Assembly (NCBI RefSeq): GCF_001194135.2
Contig: NC_069004.1
Span: 33,267,383-33,326,486 of the forward strand
DNA length: 59,104 nt
From: Octopus bimaculoides
Taxonomy: Eukaryota
Reading direction: 5' to 3'
The notes under the pieces are model-generated. The model had not been told where the DNA came from, searched no databases, and saw only the letters and a program-made list of their open reading frames with translations. The translations under genes were made by a program, and so were the position numbers. This document shows positions 1 through 13,444 of this stretch, piece after piece (the first letter of the stretch is position 1; the number at the start of each line of letters is the position of its first letter).

Positions 1-1042
1 TTGCAGTATATAATTTGCCTTTTCATACCTATATCCAAAGAAATATAAAGAGGTATTTATGGACTTTTAGCATCAACAGTAAAATGATTAAATTATTATT
101 ATTATTATTATTATTACTACTACTACTACTACAAAGTGATTTTGAAATGATTTGATTGATTCATAAAACAAATGAGACTTAATGTGAAGACTCCCCACCC
201 CTCCCGACAACAAATATGAATTTTAAACTTTATTTACCGCTCCAAGTTTAGGATGAATTTTCTAATAGCAGGACTTCCCTCAGTATATTTAGCTAGAATT
301 GCCAAGAGGAGGCTTTTGGCAGTTACAAACAACAAATTAAAAAAAAAAAAAAAAATTATCCCTCGTTTTATTTAGTGAGCTACTGGTGATCCCTATTTTC
401 AAACGTGTGCCTTGGCCCCCCCCATCTGCGGACAATGCAACACTGGAAGTCAGTAACTAAAATTAACCAAACAGCATTGAAGATGAAAGAAGAAGAAAAA
501 AGTAGGAAAGGGGACAGGATTGTATGTGTGTCCCCAAATAATATTTTCCTTCTCTTTTGCAAGCACAATTATGACCAGTATATGTGTATTTTAGTCAAAG
601 CTCCAGCAGAGACTAAGAAACTAAGAAACAACCAGAAAAAATAGTACAATAACTTTAGGCTATTTACTGACAATACATGGCCCCTATTTGTTAATGTATT
701 GGCTAGAGAGGGAGTAAATTCTAGTGCCCCAAGAGGGTGATGTCATGAAACACTTTCAGGTCATACAATGTCCCTGATATTTTATGACATAAAACAGTCA
801 TCTAACATGAGACCCAAGATTTTTTATATTCATTTGGAAGGTTTTTCCGGGTTTTTCATTTTAGTGTTTTGTTCTTGTTGGTTTTGCTTCTGCAATATAA
901 AATAAAATGGAACTACGCTGCTATGATATAAACATTGAGGATATATATATGTATATATATACACACATATATATATATATAAAAACACACACACCAGTTA
1001 ATAAGCCAAGGTAATGATTTCAAAAACTATATATATAAATAA

Positions 1043-1096
<54 letters not shown>

Positions 1097-2692
1097 AATA
1101 CATATGTATATAAACAAATATATGCATGTAAATAGAAACATATATATATATATCTCACACATATACACAAATATATAAAATGTGCTTGTGTGTATGTATA
1201 CTAATTTGTGAATGGGGTTTCTCCTAATAGGACAAACAATACAACTGCAATTAATATAAATATTTTTCAATCCATTACTGACTGGCTAAATAGAAGAAGC
1301 CTCCAGCGATTAATGTGAAGAGTAATGGAATTACAGAGGATTTCACAAATGGAATCGACTGAAGTTGAACTCTATGGAAAGACAGGGATGAAAGAATTCA
1401 GGGGGCTTTAAAAGCATTCACCAGTACTAAAAAAAAAAGGGTGCAACAGTGTGAGTGTATATATGTGTGTATATACATACATACATACGTATATATATAC
1501 ACATATATATATATACACACATACACACACATCTCACGTACAGAGGTATAACATGATTGTACAAGTAAATGTGCTGGAGTTAGTTCCCCTTGCAGCCTTC
1601 CTAGCCCTTTCAGCCAAAGATTTGCGGTGAAGAGAGTTGATGGATAACGGGGGACCTTATTATGAGATCAGCAACAAGCCGACAGCTACGGTAACAACAA
1701 TAGAAGGGACAAGAGAATGAAGAAAGACTACGGGCTTGCTAAAAACACAGACACTATTATAGTACTATTGCTGCTGGTGGATTCTATGAAACAACAAAAA
1801 TAATATATATTATATACATATATTCATGTGTGTTTATATATATCTATGTATGTGTATATGATATATTTATTATATATATATATATTATATATGGGTGTAT
1901 TCTTTCATTTTAAACCTGTTACAATGATTCTTCTAACTGTCAAAGTGTTACCAAGAGCCGCATGGTAACTTAGCGATAGTCAAAACAGCCTTGAGCTAAG
2001 TTTTAAAATGAAACTGCTCCTCTTGCATCAATGTACAGAGGACCAAAACTTTATATTGAACCAAATTCAACCGACAAAGTAAGAAGTCCCAGAAGATAAC
2101 AAATTTTCTGTCTTGTTCTTGTTGTAGGCTGACCCCGACACATGGAAACTTACAAGCTGAACTAGACATAAACACAGTGAAGGGTAGATAAGAGGTGAAG
2201 TAGAGAGAGAGAGAGAGAGAGAGAGTGGTATGAGAGGTGAGAAAGAAAGAGAAGGAGGAGGGTGGAATGAAAGATGGAGAAGAATTTTGGTAAACTGGCA
2301 ACAAACAGCAGGAACAAGCAAGAGGTAAGATGGTGGCGGGGGGACTGGAGATAAACAGGGTGTTAACAAGAGATGGCTTCAACAACAAGCCACAGAATTG
2401 TATGTGTGTGTGTGTATTTTGAAATTAGGTGTATGTGTGTATATATATATATATATACACACACACACATATGTACGTGTGCGTGTGTATGTGTGTGTGT
2501 GTGTGTATATATATATCTATGTACGTGTGTGTGAATATCATATATATATATATATATATATGCAGGCATATATATATATATGTATGTGCATATATATATA
2601 TATACACACATACATACATACATGTATATCTGTATATATACACACATACCTTTATATAAATTTACAAGTACATATGTATATACAAGTGCATA

Positions 2693-2729
<37 letters not shown>

Positions 2730-2790
2730 TATTAATATACATACATATCTACATGTTCACACACACACAAACACACACATATATATATAC

Positions 2791-2834
<44 letters not shown>

Positions 2835-3129
2835 CCTTTTTATTTTGAGTTTCAATTTTTGTTCTTTGTTTTAATTATTTTTTTTTTCTCTGAATTTATT
2901 AAAATTTTTTTTTTTTCTTTTGCTCTTTTTTTTTTTGTTCTTTTTTTACTTTCTTCTTTCGAACATCAGAAATTATGTACATGTATGTAAGATGTGTGAA
3001 GATTTTTAAAAAAATACCCAACAACAAGGAACTATCAACAACAACAACAACAACTCCTCTTCTTCTTCCTCCTCCTCCTCTCCCTTCCCTCCTCCTCCTC
3101 CACCTCCTCCCCCAGTCACTGAGCCTGTG
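1..3129 (-). other. Putative UBE2H 3' UTR and downstream region; poly(A) site not resolved
   Basis: Directly follows the stop codon. Several minus-strand AATAAA hexamers (plus-strand tttatt near 367, 1867, 2838, 2895); none can be singled out. Confidence 0.4.
2398..2826. repeat. Compound (TG)n/(TA)n/(CA)n microsatellite
   Basis: Direct reading; source of the spurious YI/CV-rich ORFs. Confidence 0.95.
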
Positions 3130-3248
3130 TTACAGTTCCATATCCTGGACTTCGTCTTCGGAGAAGTCACTCATAGAGCTCTCTGTCGAAGTCGATGTGT
3201 GCTCCTGTTCACGAAGGGCTTCTTCTGTTGCATATTTCTTCACGTATT
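3130..3248 (-). CDS. UBE2H: UBE2H last coding exon (119 nt incl. TAA), [39 protein letters not shown]
   Basis: Acceptor gtggttttgcag; C-terminal [17 protein letters not shown] is diagnostic of UBE2H; stop at 3130-3132. Confidence 0.97.
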
Positions 3249-5060
3249 CTGCAAAACCACACAGAACAAGAAAAATGTAAACAACAAATAAAATAAAAAC
3301 CAATTAATTGAAAATTGGAAAAAAAAAAAATCTTCTCCTCGAATAAAAATAGTTGTTTCTAATTTAGACAAAAAGCTAGCAATTTTTTAGGGGGAAAAAA
3401 GGGTTAGAGGGTTGTTACCATGGATTTCAAAAAAGGCTAGGGGTCAACACCTGGTGGTATATTATAGTTGCAAAACGAAATATGGTGTCCCTACTAGCAA
3501 TTAATTCTTATATTAGTTTGTGCCTGAGGGTTGTGGCCATGCAGGAGCACTGCCTACGCAATTTGCATTGTTTCAGGACTGCTTAATTTTTAGTGAATAA
3601 GGGAGTTTTACACTGCTGCCATCATTTGCATTTCATGTTGTGATTCTGGTACGTCTGAAACGAACATACAGGTATATCAAATACCACACAACATAAGTTC
3701 TTGATTTATTAAAATTATCTCCACCTCTAGGCAATGTGTTGTTATTACCAAAAGGCAATTGGAACCAATTAACAATATAAAATGTAAACACAGGTGGGGA
3801 GATAGGAAAGAACAAAACTGAAGATCTTACCTTGAATTTTCTTCTTGTATTCGTCTGGTTTGTGCAGGTACATGGCTGCAGCATCACCATTCAAAGGATC
3901 AATAGGGTTGGGGTAGGTTAGTAACTGTGGCAAGAATGACTCAAATATATTGGACAAATCTGAAACAAACAAACAAACAGAAATAAAGCACAAAGAAATA
4001 AAATCAAATGATACTGGTTTCAAATTTTGGCACAAGGCTAGTAAGTTCAGGCCCGGAAGATGGGGGTGGGGTGTGTGAATCATTTACATTGACCCCCTCC
4101 CAGTGCTCAACTGCTACTGATTACATCAACCCCCACAAGGGGATGAAAGGCAAAGTTGACCTCAGCAGAATTTGAACTCACATTGTGAAAACAGATGAAA
4201 TACAGTTAAGCATTTTTTCCAGGCATGCTAACATTTAAAAATGAAATGTAATGACAAAATTCAACAATGGAAATGTCAGCTGTGATGGTCAAGGCTGGAA
4301 GTGTTTTGATTGTAGGACAACTTGACCAGGAAAAAGCTGTTTCTAATTGTTGCCATTTTCACAGCTGCCATCGCCGCTATAACCGTCATCGTCATCATCA
4401 TTATTGTTCTGAATGTCTAATGTCCACTTTTCCATGCTTCTGTGGATTGGATGAAGTTTAATGGAGACAGATTTTCAACTGGATGGTACCTTTCCTGCTG
4501 CTAACCTGTTTCTGAGTAAGGAGGATATGTCTCCATGGCCAAACATGTCTTTGCAGAAGCTCAGAAATGAACGACATTTATTTACAACAATTCCGTGATT
4601 GGAAATAAAGGACACTGCTTCCAAGACAGTGACACACATTTACAACTGTTAGAAGATATCAAAACAAGCAGACACAAAGCAAAAAAGAAAAAAAAAGAAA
4701 GAAAAAAAGAAACAAATACCTAGAGAGGGAGAGAGATAGACATAAACAGACGGACTGACTGATAGACATACAGATTAGATATGAACACATACTACAAACT
4801 CCTGTCAAACCATCCAACCCATGCCAGCATGGAAAATGGATGCTAAATGATGATGATGATGATGATATATAACTTCTGAATTCAAAAGACAACACCTCAG
4901 CAATGACTAAAAAACCCACAAAAGAAAATATCCTTCAGTTCCACAACCAAAAATGGCAGAACGATATTGTGGCTGCAACATTTTGCAGCACCCAAAAGCA
5001 TTCCTTTACTTGGATCATCATTTTTCTTTCATCCATGACAAAAAAAAAAAAGAAAGAAAG

Positions 5061-5105
<45 letters not shown>

Positions 5106-6106
5106 AATAGGATGAATGCAATTTTCATCTGTGTCCCATTTTCACAATTACCTGGCCCTTCACCACATTCAGCAGTGTTCATACTGTTGGAGACAATCCT
5201 TCATACTGGATAGCCACAGGATCTCTGTGTATTTTAATGTATTGCCTCCTTCCTTCCTAACCAATCAAGGAGCAGTCTCCTCCTCCTCCTCTTCTTCTTC
5301 TTCTTCTTCCTCCCTGCCTTCTCCCTACACTCCACGGCCATTACATTACTGCCTCGAGTCCTAGAACTCGCGGGGCCAGTCACTCAGTTTTCACGGCATA
5401 TAAATGACCAAGGTCACTCACATTGACCTTGGATGGGACATCAGTCCATTGTAGGGTTACTCATTTACGGCCGAGTGGTCTGGACTGATATGAAATAATA
5501 ATAATAATAATGAAATTATTGTGTATAGTGCTCAGGTGCACCACAACTCATCAAAGGTGCAATGTACAGTAGATAGAATTATGTACAAAAGTCAGGAAAG
5601 TGAACAGTGTATGAGTCATGATATACAGGTGTGCATACGTATGGAGGGTGGGGTATCAGGTGTAGCGTTGGCAAATTTCAAGAAGCATGGAGGTTTTAAA
5701 GGATGAAGTGGTTTGCTCAAGAACAGAACGCACTGCCCAGTTGGGGAATTGAAACCCTGGTCTTGTGATTTTCAGTGCTATGCCGTAACCACAAGGCCCC
5801 TGTATTTTCATATACACGCAATGCCGGCACCTCCTCCAAGAAACACCTCATCAAAACTCCCAGCTGTGGTACCTATTTACAGCCAGGAGGTGTGTGCCAG
5901 TGACAGGTGTGTGTACAGAGGCGATGGTCAGACACACACGTGTCCAGTCCTCTGGCCAGTTATGAGTCAGGAAATAAGTCGGCATTTGGAAGGGCACTCA
6001 GCTGTAAAAACCAGGCCAAATTAGAGACTGGAGTTTAGCGCAGTCCTCCGGCTAGCCAGCTTCTTGTCAAACCGCCCAACCCAAGCCAGAAGAGGACAGA
6101 TGTTGG

Positions 6107-6149
<43 letters not shown>

Positions 6150-9100
6150 TAAAAATCCTGAAAGAACTCAACTCACCATATAGTGCGGTCCACGCTTGGT
6201 TAATGACATCCAAACACACCGTTCCCGACCTGTGAAATGTTTAATTAAGACATTGTTAAATTGGGAGACAGTAATCACAGGAGAGATGGAGGGATGGGGA
6301 GAGAGAGAGAGAGGGAGAGGGACCAAAAGCACAACTCTCACTTTGGATAAGGTAAAAAGGAAAAGAAACTAAAATGACCAGATGACCAGTGGTCACTACA
6401 ACTTTAACAAGGTTGACATTTTGAGATGGGGAGGGGGGAGAGGAGGAGATAGAAGGGAAGAGTTTCTAAATTCTTAAGATGTAGATTTATTGCTAGATTT
6501 TATTTACATTCATTAACCCTCAACCATTGCTTCTCATGTCACTACTTTGTAGTCTGTGCTCCACTGAGGAGGTCTAACTAGATTGAAACATGACTACAGT
6601 TATCACCCATATTTACTGAAGTGATTCGTTGTTGATCTGATGTTATCTTTACCGCTTCATATAAGTATTTCTAATTGAATTTTTGATAGCTACAACATTG
6701 AATATGAAGTAGTTGTATACTGTCAACTTAATGTGACAGTCTCCTGAAGGGAATAATACTACTGTTGGTTAGACCTAGGAAGCGGTGCAGCTTTCTGTCG
6801 GCCTCGACACATTTCCTGTGTCCTTATATGTTCACAAGGGCTTGACAGGCATCTCCAACTAGCAGGTCATGCTACTCCAGACTGATGACAAGCAAAGACT
6901 CAGAAACATGTCTCTGGATGCAGGCTTAGCTAAGTGGAGGTGCTTGTCTCCCCCTTGTAAACATAAGGACACAGGAAATGTGTCAAGGCCAACAGGAAGT
7001 GGTGCAGCTTCCTAGGTCTAAACAACAGTAGTATTATTCCCTTCAGGGGACTGTCACATTAAGTTGACAGNNNNNNNNNNNNNNNNNNNNNNNNNNNNNN
7101 NNNNNNNNNNNNNNNNNNNNNNNNNNNNNNNNNNNNNNNNNNNNNNNNNNNNNNNNNNNNNNNNNNNNNNNNNNNNNNNNNNNNNNNNNNNNNNNNNNNN
7201 NNNNNNNNNNNNNNNNNNNNNNNNNNNNNNNNNNNNNNNNNNNNNNNNNNNNNNNNNNNNNNNNNNNNNNNNNNNNNNNNNNNNNNNNNNNNNNNNNNNN
7301 NNNNNNNNNNNNNNNNNNNNNNNNNNNNNNNNNNNNNNNNNNNNNNNNNNNNNNNNNNNNNNNNNNNNNNNNNNNNNNNNNNNNNNNNNNNNNNNNNNNN
7401 NNNNNNNNNNNNNNNNNNNNNNNNNNNNNNNNNNNNNNNNNNNNNNNNNNNNNNNNNNNNNNNNNNNNNNNNNNNNNNNNNNNNNNNNNNNNNNNNNNNN
7501 NNNNNNNNNNNNNNNNNNNNNNNNNNNNNNNNNNNNNNNNNNNNNNNNNNNNNNNNNNNNNNNNNNNNNNNNNNNNNNNNNNNNNNNNNNNNNNNNNNNN
7601 NNNNNNNNNNNNNNNNNNNNNNNNNNNNNNNNNNNNNNNNNNNNNNNNNNNNNNNNNNNNNNNNNNNNNNNNNNNNNNNNNNNNNNNNNNNNNNNNNNNN
7701 NNNNNNNNNNNNCCCCCCCCCCATCACCATATTCACATACCCACACACACATATATACACCTATTTCAATACAGATACCAACATACACTCACACACTAAA
7801 CACACAACCCCCTTATTTTCAAATACCCAGACACAAACATTTATATTCAGACACCCACATACAGATACACCCACTTCAACGCACACACACACACTTCTGT
7901 ACTTTCATACACCTACAAACACACACATCGCCACATCTGAATGTCTACACATCTACTTCAGAACATACACACGCATATATATACACAGAGCAGTGGGGAG
8001 AGAAATTCCTGGCAAGAAAGTCACAGAGAAACCAACTTACACTTCATCGATGTTAGGATGGAATATTCTGTTCATAAAACCTGCAACAGACAAAAGACAG
8101 AATGATTAAATCTCAAACGAGTAGAAAAAGGGACAGTATAAATATACACAGTAATCCCTTGACTATTGTGGTAAGACAAACACACACACACACACATGAT
8201 GGGCTTGGAGGTAGTGGTGATGCTGGCTGGTGCAATTTTGTGGTTTGCTGGTATGCCGAGAGAGATCCAGCGGGGCCCCTAACTGGTTCCCCAATCTTAA
8301 AGGTGTAATGTGGATGAGTAATGAGGGAGTGGCTGGTGTGGTGGTCTTCCTCGCAGTACAATATTTTGTGTGTATGTCACACCACGTTTTTGGCCTTGTC
8401 TCTTATCCCAATTGAGTGTCACAACTCTTACTTTGATATTGTTCATAGCTCATGCTCTTGAAAATGCGACATAATTGGCCATGAGAAAATTCCATTTGAG
8501 ACAAATGTATTCCACCTTTTTCAAATGTTTGCCCTTGAGCCTTATTAATTGTCATTGAATATTCAAGTCAAAGTGGAAACTGAAGTCTGTTTAGTGTGAA
8601 TGCAATATTTGCATCATTTGGGCTAAGTTTAATTCTGGGAATTAGAACTGTACGACCTCTGTTGGAGCCTGTTACCAATGATGCCTCAACACAATGTTCA
8701 TGAAGTCTTTGCACTTTCATGCGAGTTCTATTACATAATCCTTGGCTGATCGAAAGATTCCTGAGCAGCATTACAATAGCCCCTACTTTTAAGTTGGGGC
8801 AATGAGGTGGTATACCAGATGGAGTGAGTGAGTTTATGAATTCAAATGGATAGTTCTGAACCTCCCCTTCATTATTGTAGGATAGCCAACAAGTGAGTCC
8901 CTATGTGGCAGTTTGATTTGCTAGAAATAGCAGCCAGGTCTTCTTCAAATCAAATGCTATGGTTTTATAAGGGAGAGGAAGCACTGAATAATGTTGTCCT
9001 CAATTGACTCCTTGTAATCATTGCTTTTACGTCTGTTTTGCTGACTTGGGTTGGATGGGACATTTTGAGGCAGCAATCTAGAATGTTTTTTGATCATAGG

Positions 9101-12100
9101 TCAACTCAGGCCTGACCTGGGGCTAAACAACACCACCAAATGAATGAGATGAGTCAACGAGGAAGTCTGAATTGCTAGAGATAGCAGCCAGGTATCCTTC
9201 AAATCAACCTCCCCACCCTCACTGCCTCAGAAAATATAGGACACAACAACAATGGTAATCAGAGATTTTCTGAAGGAAAGAAATTTCAAATAATAAAATA
9301 CATGAGATTGTCACAGCTGGAGAACCTTTGACTATAATTCTACAGGATTAAGAGGAGGGCCCACATGATAAAACAAACAACAGATAAAAGACAAAACAAA
9401 ATAAAATGAAATAAAAATAGAAATGATTAAGATTATGGATCAAGATTAAGAACATAATTTGTTGTGCTGGCTTTTGTTTAAAATTTTAATCCGACAAATA
9501 TTTTACAAGCAACATGGCAACTAATTCATTCTAGTTACATTCTCTTACTGTTGGCAGTCATTATACTGTGGCTATGCTGGAGCACCCAACACCTTCACGT
9601 TGGTCTGAGACAACATATTTTATTGATTTTTTTTTTTTTCATTATTAAATGGCTGAGTTTATCTTGTTTTTCTTTTGGAGTAATGTGACGTACCTCAATA
9701 CTTAAGTAACACAAAGTACTTTTTGTTGGATACAGACACACATCATTCTACCTGTCCATCTATCCCCTTATCTACCTACTTATGTATGTATCTATCCGTC
9801 TGTCTAGCTACCCATCTATCTGTCAATCCATCTATTTATCTACCTACTTATGTATCTATCTTTCTACATGTCCATCTATCTATCCGTCTGTCTGTCCATC
9901 GATCCATCCATCCATTTAGTCCATCTATCCACAAGAGTTTTTAGTTGAATGAATTGACTCCAGTACTTATTCCATCAGCCATTGCCAAATTACCAAGTTA
10001 TGGGGATGTAAACAAACCAACAGCAGTTGTCAAGAGACAAACACACACGATGGGCTTCTTTCAATTTCCGCCTAACATCCACTCACAAGGCTACATATAG
10101 TATAAAGACACTTGCCCAAGGTGCCATGCAGCGGGATTGAACCTGGAAAGCAAACTTCCTACCACACATCAACATCTGCGCCTACGTTGATAGTTGTAAT
10201 AGCAGATGTGCTGGGAAGTTTAGAGACAACAATCTATGTAGTAGCAGGCAAGTGAGGGGGAGGGCTTGCTATTGAATCTGACCATAACCTCAACACACGT
10301 CCAGTTGGTCTTTCATTTTAAGTATTCAAATTTCATTGTGTACGTGTGAACTGCTAAGTCGCAGGGACATAAACAAACTAACACTGTTGGTCATGTGGTG
10401 GTCTGTGGTAGTACAAATAATTCTGCTTTGTGTCGACACCGAGTTTGTGGTGGGGAAGTTGGAACAGTGAGGGGGAAAAAGAAAGAAAAAAAAAAGCAAG
10501 ACTATTCGATCGATAATTGATCTAACATATTGATCTGGATGCTCAAGTTTTTATGTGTACACTGTCTTATAGTAGTGGTTGCCAACCTTTCCTATGCCCC
10601 ATACCTCTGAAAAACAAAATGCTTGATTAATTTCTTTCACCCCACACATCCCCCTATGTTATAACCAAAGATAAAACAATCAATTTTCTAATAACTAATT
10701 AATTTTCTTTAAATTGAACCAAGATACATTAGTATTGTGGAGGGTAAACAAAGTGAACTCCTAACAAAATAAGCTTTTCATTTTGTGTACAAAAGACAAA
10801 CAGATCAATAAGAAAAAATTACGAGGAGTGAAATCAATCACAATTGTGAACATGAAATTCAATAATGTCTTTGTTCCTGATTCTCATTCCTGACTTTTTA
10901 TCAAAACATGGAACTTTCTTGTTGATTGTTAATCTACAGACATGAAAAGTCATTCGAGCGAGGTTGTTGCCAGTGCTGCTGGACTGGTGGCACATAAAAT
11001 ACACCATTTTGAGCGTGGCCATTACCAGTACCGCCTGACTGGCTCTCGTGCCGGTGGCACATAAAAGCAACCACTACACTCTCAGAGTGGTTGGCATTAG
11101 GAAGGGCATCCAGTTGTAGAAACTCTGCCAAATCAGATTGGAGCCTGGTGTAGCCATCTGGTTTCACCAGTCCTCAGTCAAATCGTCCAACCCATGCCAG
11201 CATGGAAAGCAGACGTTATGACCAAGGTGAACCTAGGATGAAAAAAAAAGCCATTCCCACAATGACCATGCAGCCATTGTTCTACTGTTTTAAAGGGAAA
11301 TTCATTTGTTATTTTTAGTATGTCAAGCACCGATGACCTTGTGGTTTGATCTGAAGATGGTAGTAGTAGTAGTAGTAGTGTTTTAGAGCGTTGCTCATAT
11401 AACTGCAGTGACTGTGTGTCGTCGTTAAAATACAGCTGGAGGATAAGGTGGTTGGTTGGTCTGTCGATTAGTCAGCTGGTTGATTGGTGGTCAGTCAGCT
11501 GGTCGGACAATGAGGAGGGATGGCCATATTATATATATTACTGATGATGGTGGTAATGCTATAACTGACCTCACCTGCGCTGGTGCCATGTAAATAGCAC
11601 TGAGTCCATTCTGTGGGGTGGTCAGTGTTAGGAAGGACATCCAGTTGTAGAAACCCTGCCAAAACAGACACAGCAGCCTGGGGTAATCTTCTACCTGGCT
11701 GCCTCCTCTTGAACTGTCCAACCCATGCCAGCATGGAAGGCAGACGTTAAACGATGATGATGATGATGGTGATGATAGTGCGAATAATTAATGATAGTGG
11801 TGGCGGTGTTTTATTAATGATGGGGTTTCAATATTAACAGGGGAAAGTGTTTAATAATATTCCACCAGTGGTGGTGGTCATATTAAAAGGAAAAGCTGGC
11901 TTAGAAACAAAATATAAATGTACAACAGCAACAAGAGCAATGAATTTATGAAGCACTTACCTATAGAGGGAGACTTAAAAGGGTATTTCTCTGGAAGATC
12001 CACTCTTACCTTCCAGACTCCACCTTCATAAGGTGCTGAAAAAGATGAAAAAGAACTCGTTAAGTCAACATGTAAAACACATTTCTTTAGCTTTTGTAAT

Positions 12101-13235
12101 TAAGAATTTTTAAGGGGAAGAATTAAAACAAAAGGAGAAAAGAAAAAAAAAACAGGATGGGGGTGGGGGGAATACGAAGGAGAGATGAAAGAAAGACTAC
12201 AGGATGTTAGGGAGGAAAGAGGGGAGAAGGGGGTGTAAAGAGAGAGATAGAGAGAAAACAGGAGAAAGTGGTAAGGAGGATTTGAGGGAAAAGGGGGCAA
12301 AGAAAGAAAAGAATGCATCTGTGCTAGTGCCGCGTAGACACACCTGTGCCAGTGGCACATAAAAATCACCCAGCACACTGTTAAGTGGTTGGTGTTAGGA
12401 AGGGCATCTAGCCTTAGAAACCATGCCACAACAGACAATTGGGGTCTGGCCAGCTCCATGTCAAACCATCCAACCCATGCCAACATGGAAAGCAGACGTT
12501 AAATGATGATGATGATGATGATGATAATCTTAATTTGATTGCACCTATTGACATCTTTCACAACATTTCCTTCATTTTGCTGTCAGAAAGAAAACTGGTT
12601 TCCAAATTTGTTTTATAGGCGCGTCTGTGTGTCATGAGGTGAGAGGTGAATTCTGACATCAGGAACATTCTTTGAGGCCGCCACATATAATTAGACAAGG
12701 CCAAGAGGGCAATTAATGGAATTTATTTGCCAAAAATGTGATACAAACGAATTCAGTTTTTGGAAACTTGACAACATTTTAAATAAAGACAAATTAAATA
12801 ATTTCTAAATGTCTGAGATGAATTGTAATTAATAGATTAATAGGATTATAAATAAGGTTTATGTGGAGGCATGTGGCTTAGTGGTCAGGGCCTTGGCTTG
12901 TGATTCTAAGGTCGTGAGCTCGATACCTGGGGGGTTGCAGTCCTTGAGCAAAAAATTTCACATTGCTCCAATCTGGCAAAAATGAGCTGTACCGGTAATT
13001 CAAACAGGCCAGCCTTGTCCCATTGTGTGTCATGCTGAATTTCCCAGAGAACTGCATTAGGCATACATGTGTCTGAGGAGTGCTCAACCACTTGCATGTT
13101 AATTTCATGAACTGGCTATTCTGTTGATCAGATCAATTGGAATCCTTGTTGCCATGACCAATGGAGTGCTAGTTTAAGGTTTATTAAACTCACAGAGAGA
13201 GAGAGAGAGAGAGAGGGTGGGGCAGAGAGAGAGAG

Positions 13236-13296
<61 letters not shown>

Positions 13297-13297
13297 T

Positions 13298-13358
<61 letters not shown>

Positions 13359-13369
13359 GGGGCAGTGAC

Positions 13370-13444
<75 letters not shown>

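Noticed and set aside
2363-2874. Several YI/CV/HT-repeat ORFs, also at 998-1270, 28946-29660, 36896-37212, 50497-50703 and 51214-51754
   Set aside because: Dinucleotide repeats lack stop codons by construction.
2975-3280. Plus-strand 101 aa ORF
   Set aside because: Antisense shadow of the last UBE2H exon plus (AAC)n/(CCT)n repeats.
5040-5103. ~60-nt poly(A) run suggesting a processed pseudogene tail
   Set aside because: No coding similarity or TSD recognised upstream; treated as a simple homopolymer.
7054-8056. Long ORFs containing X runs, also at 33168-33848, 39755-40504, 47620-48669 and 49928-50738
   Set aside because: They stay open only because they cross N-gaps.
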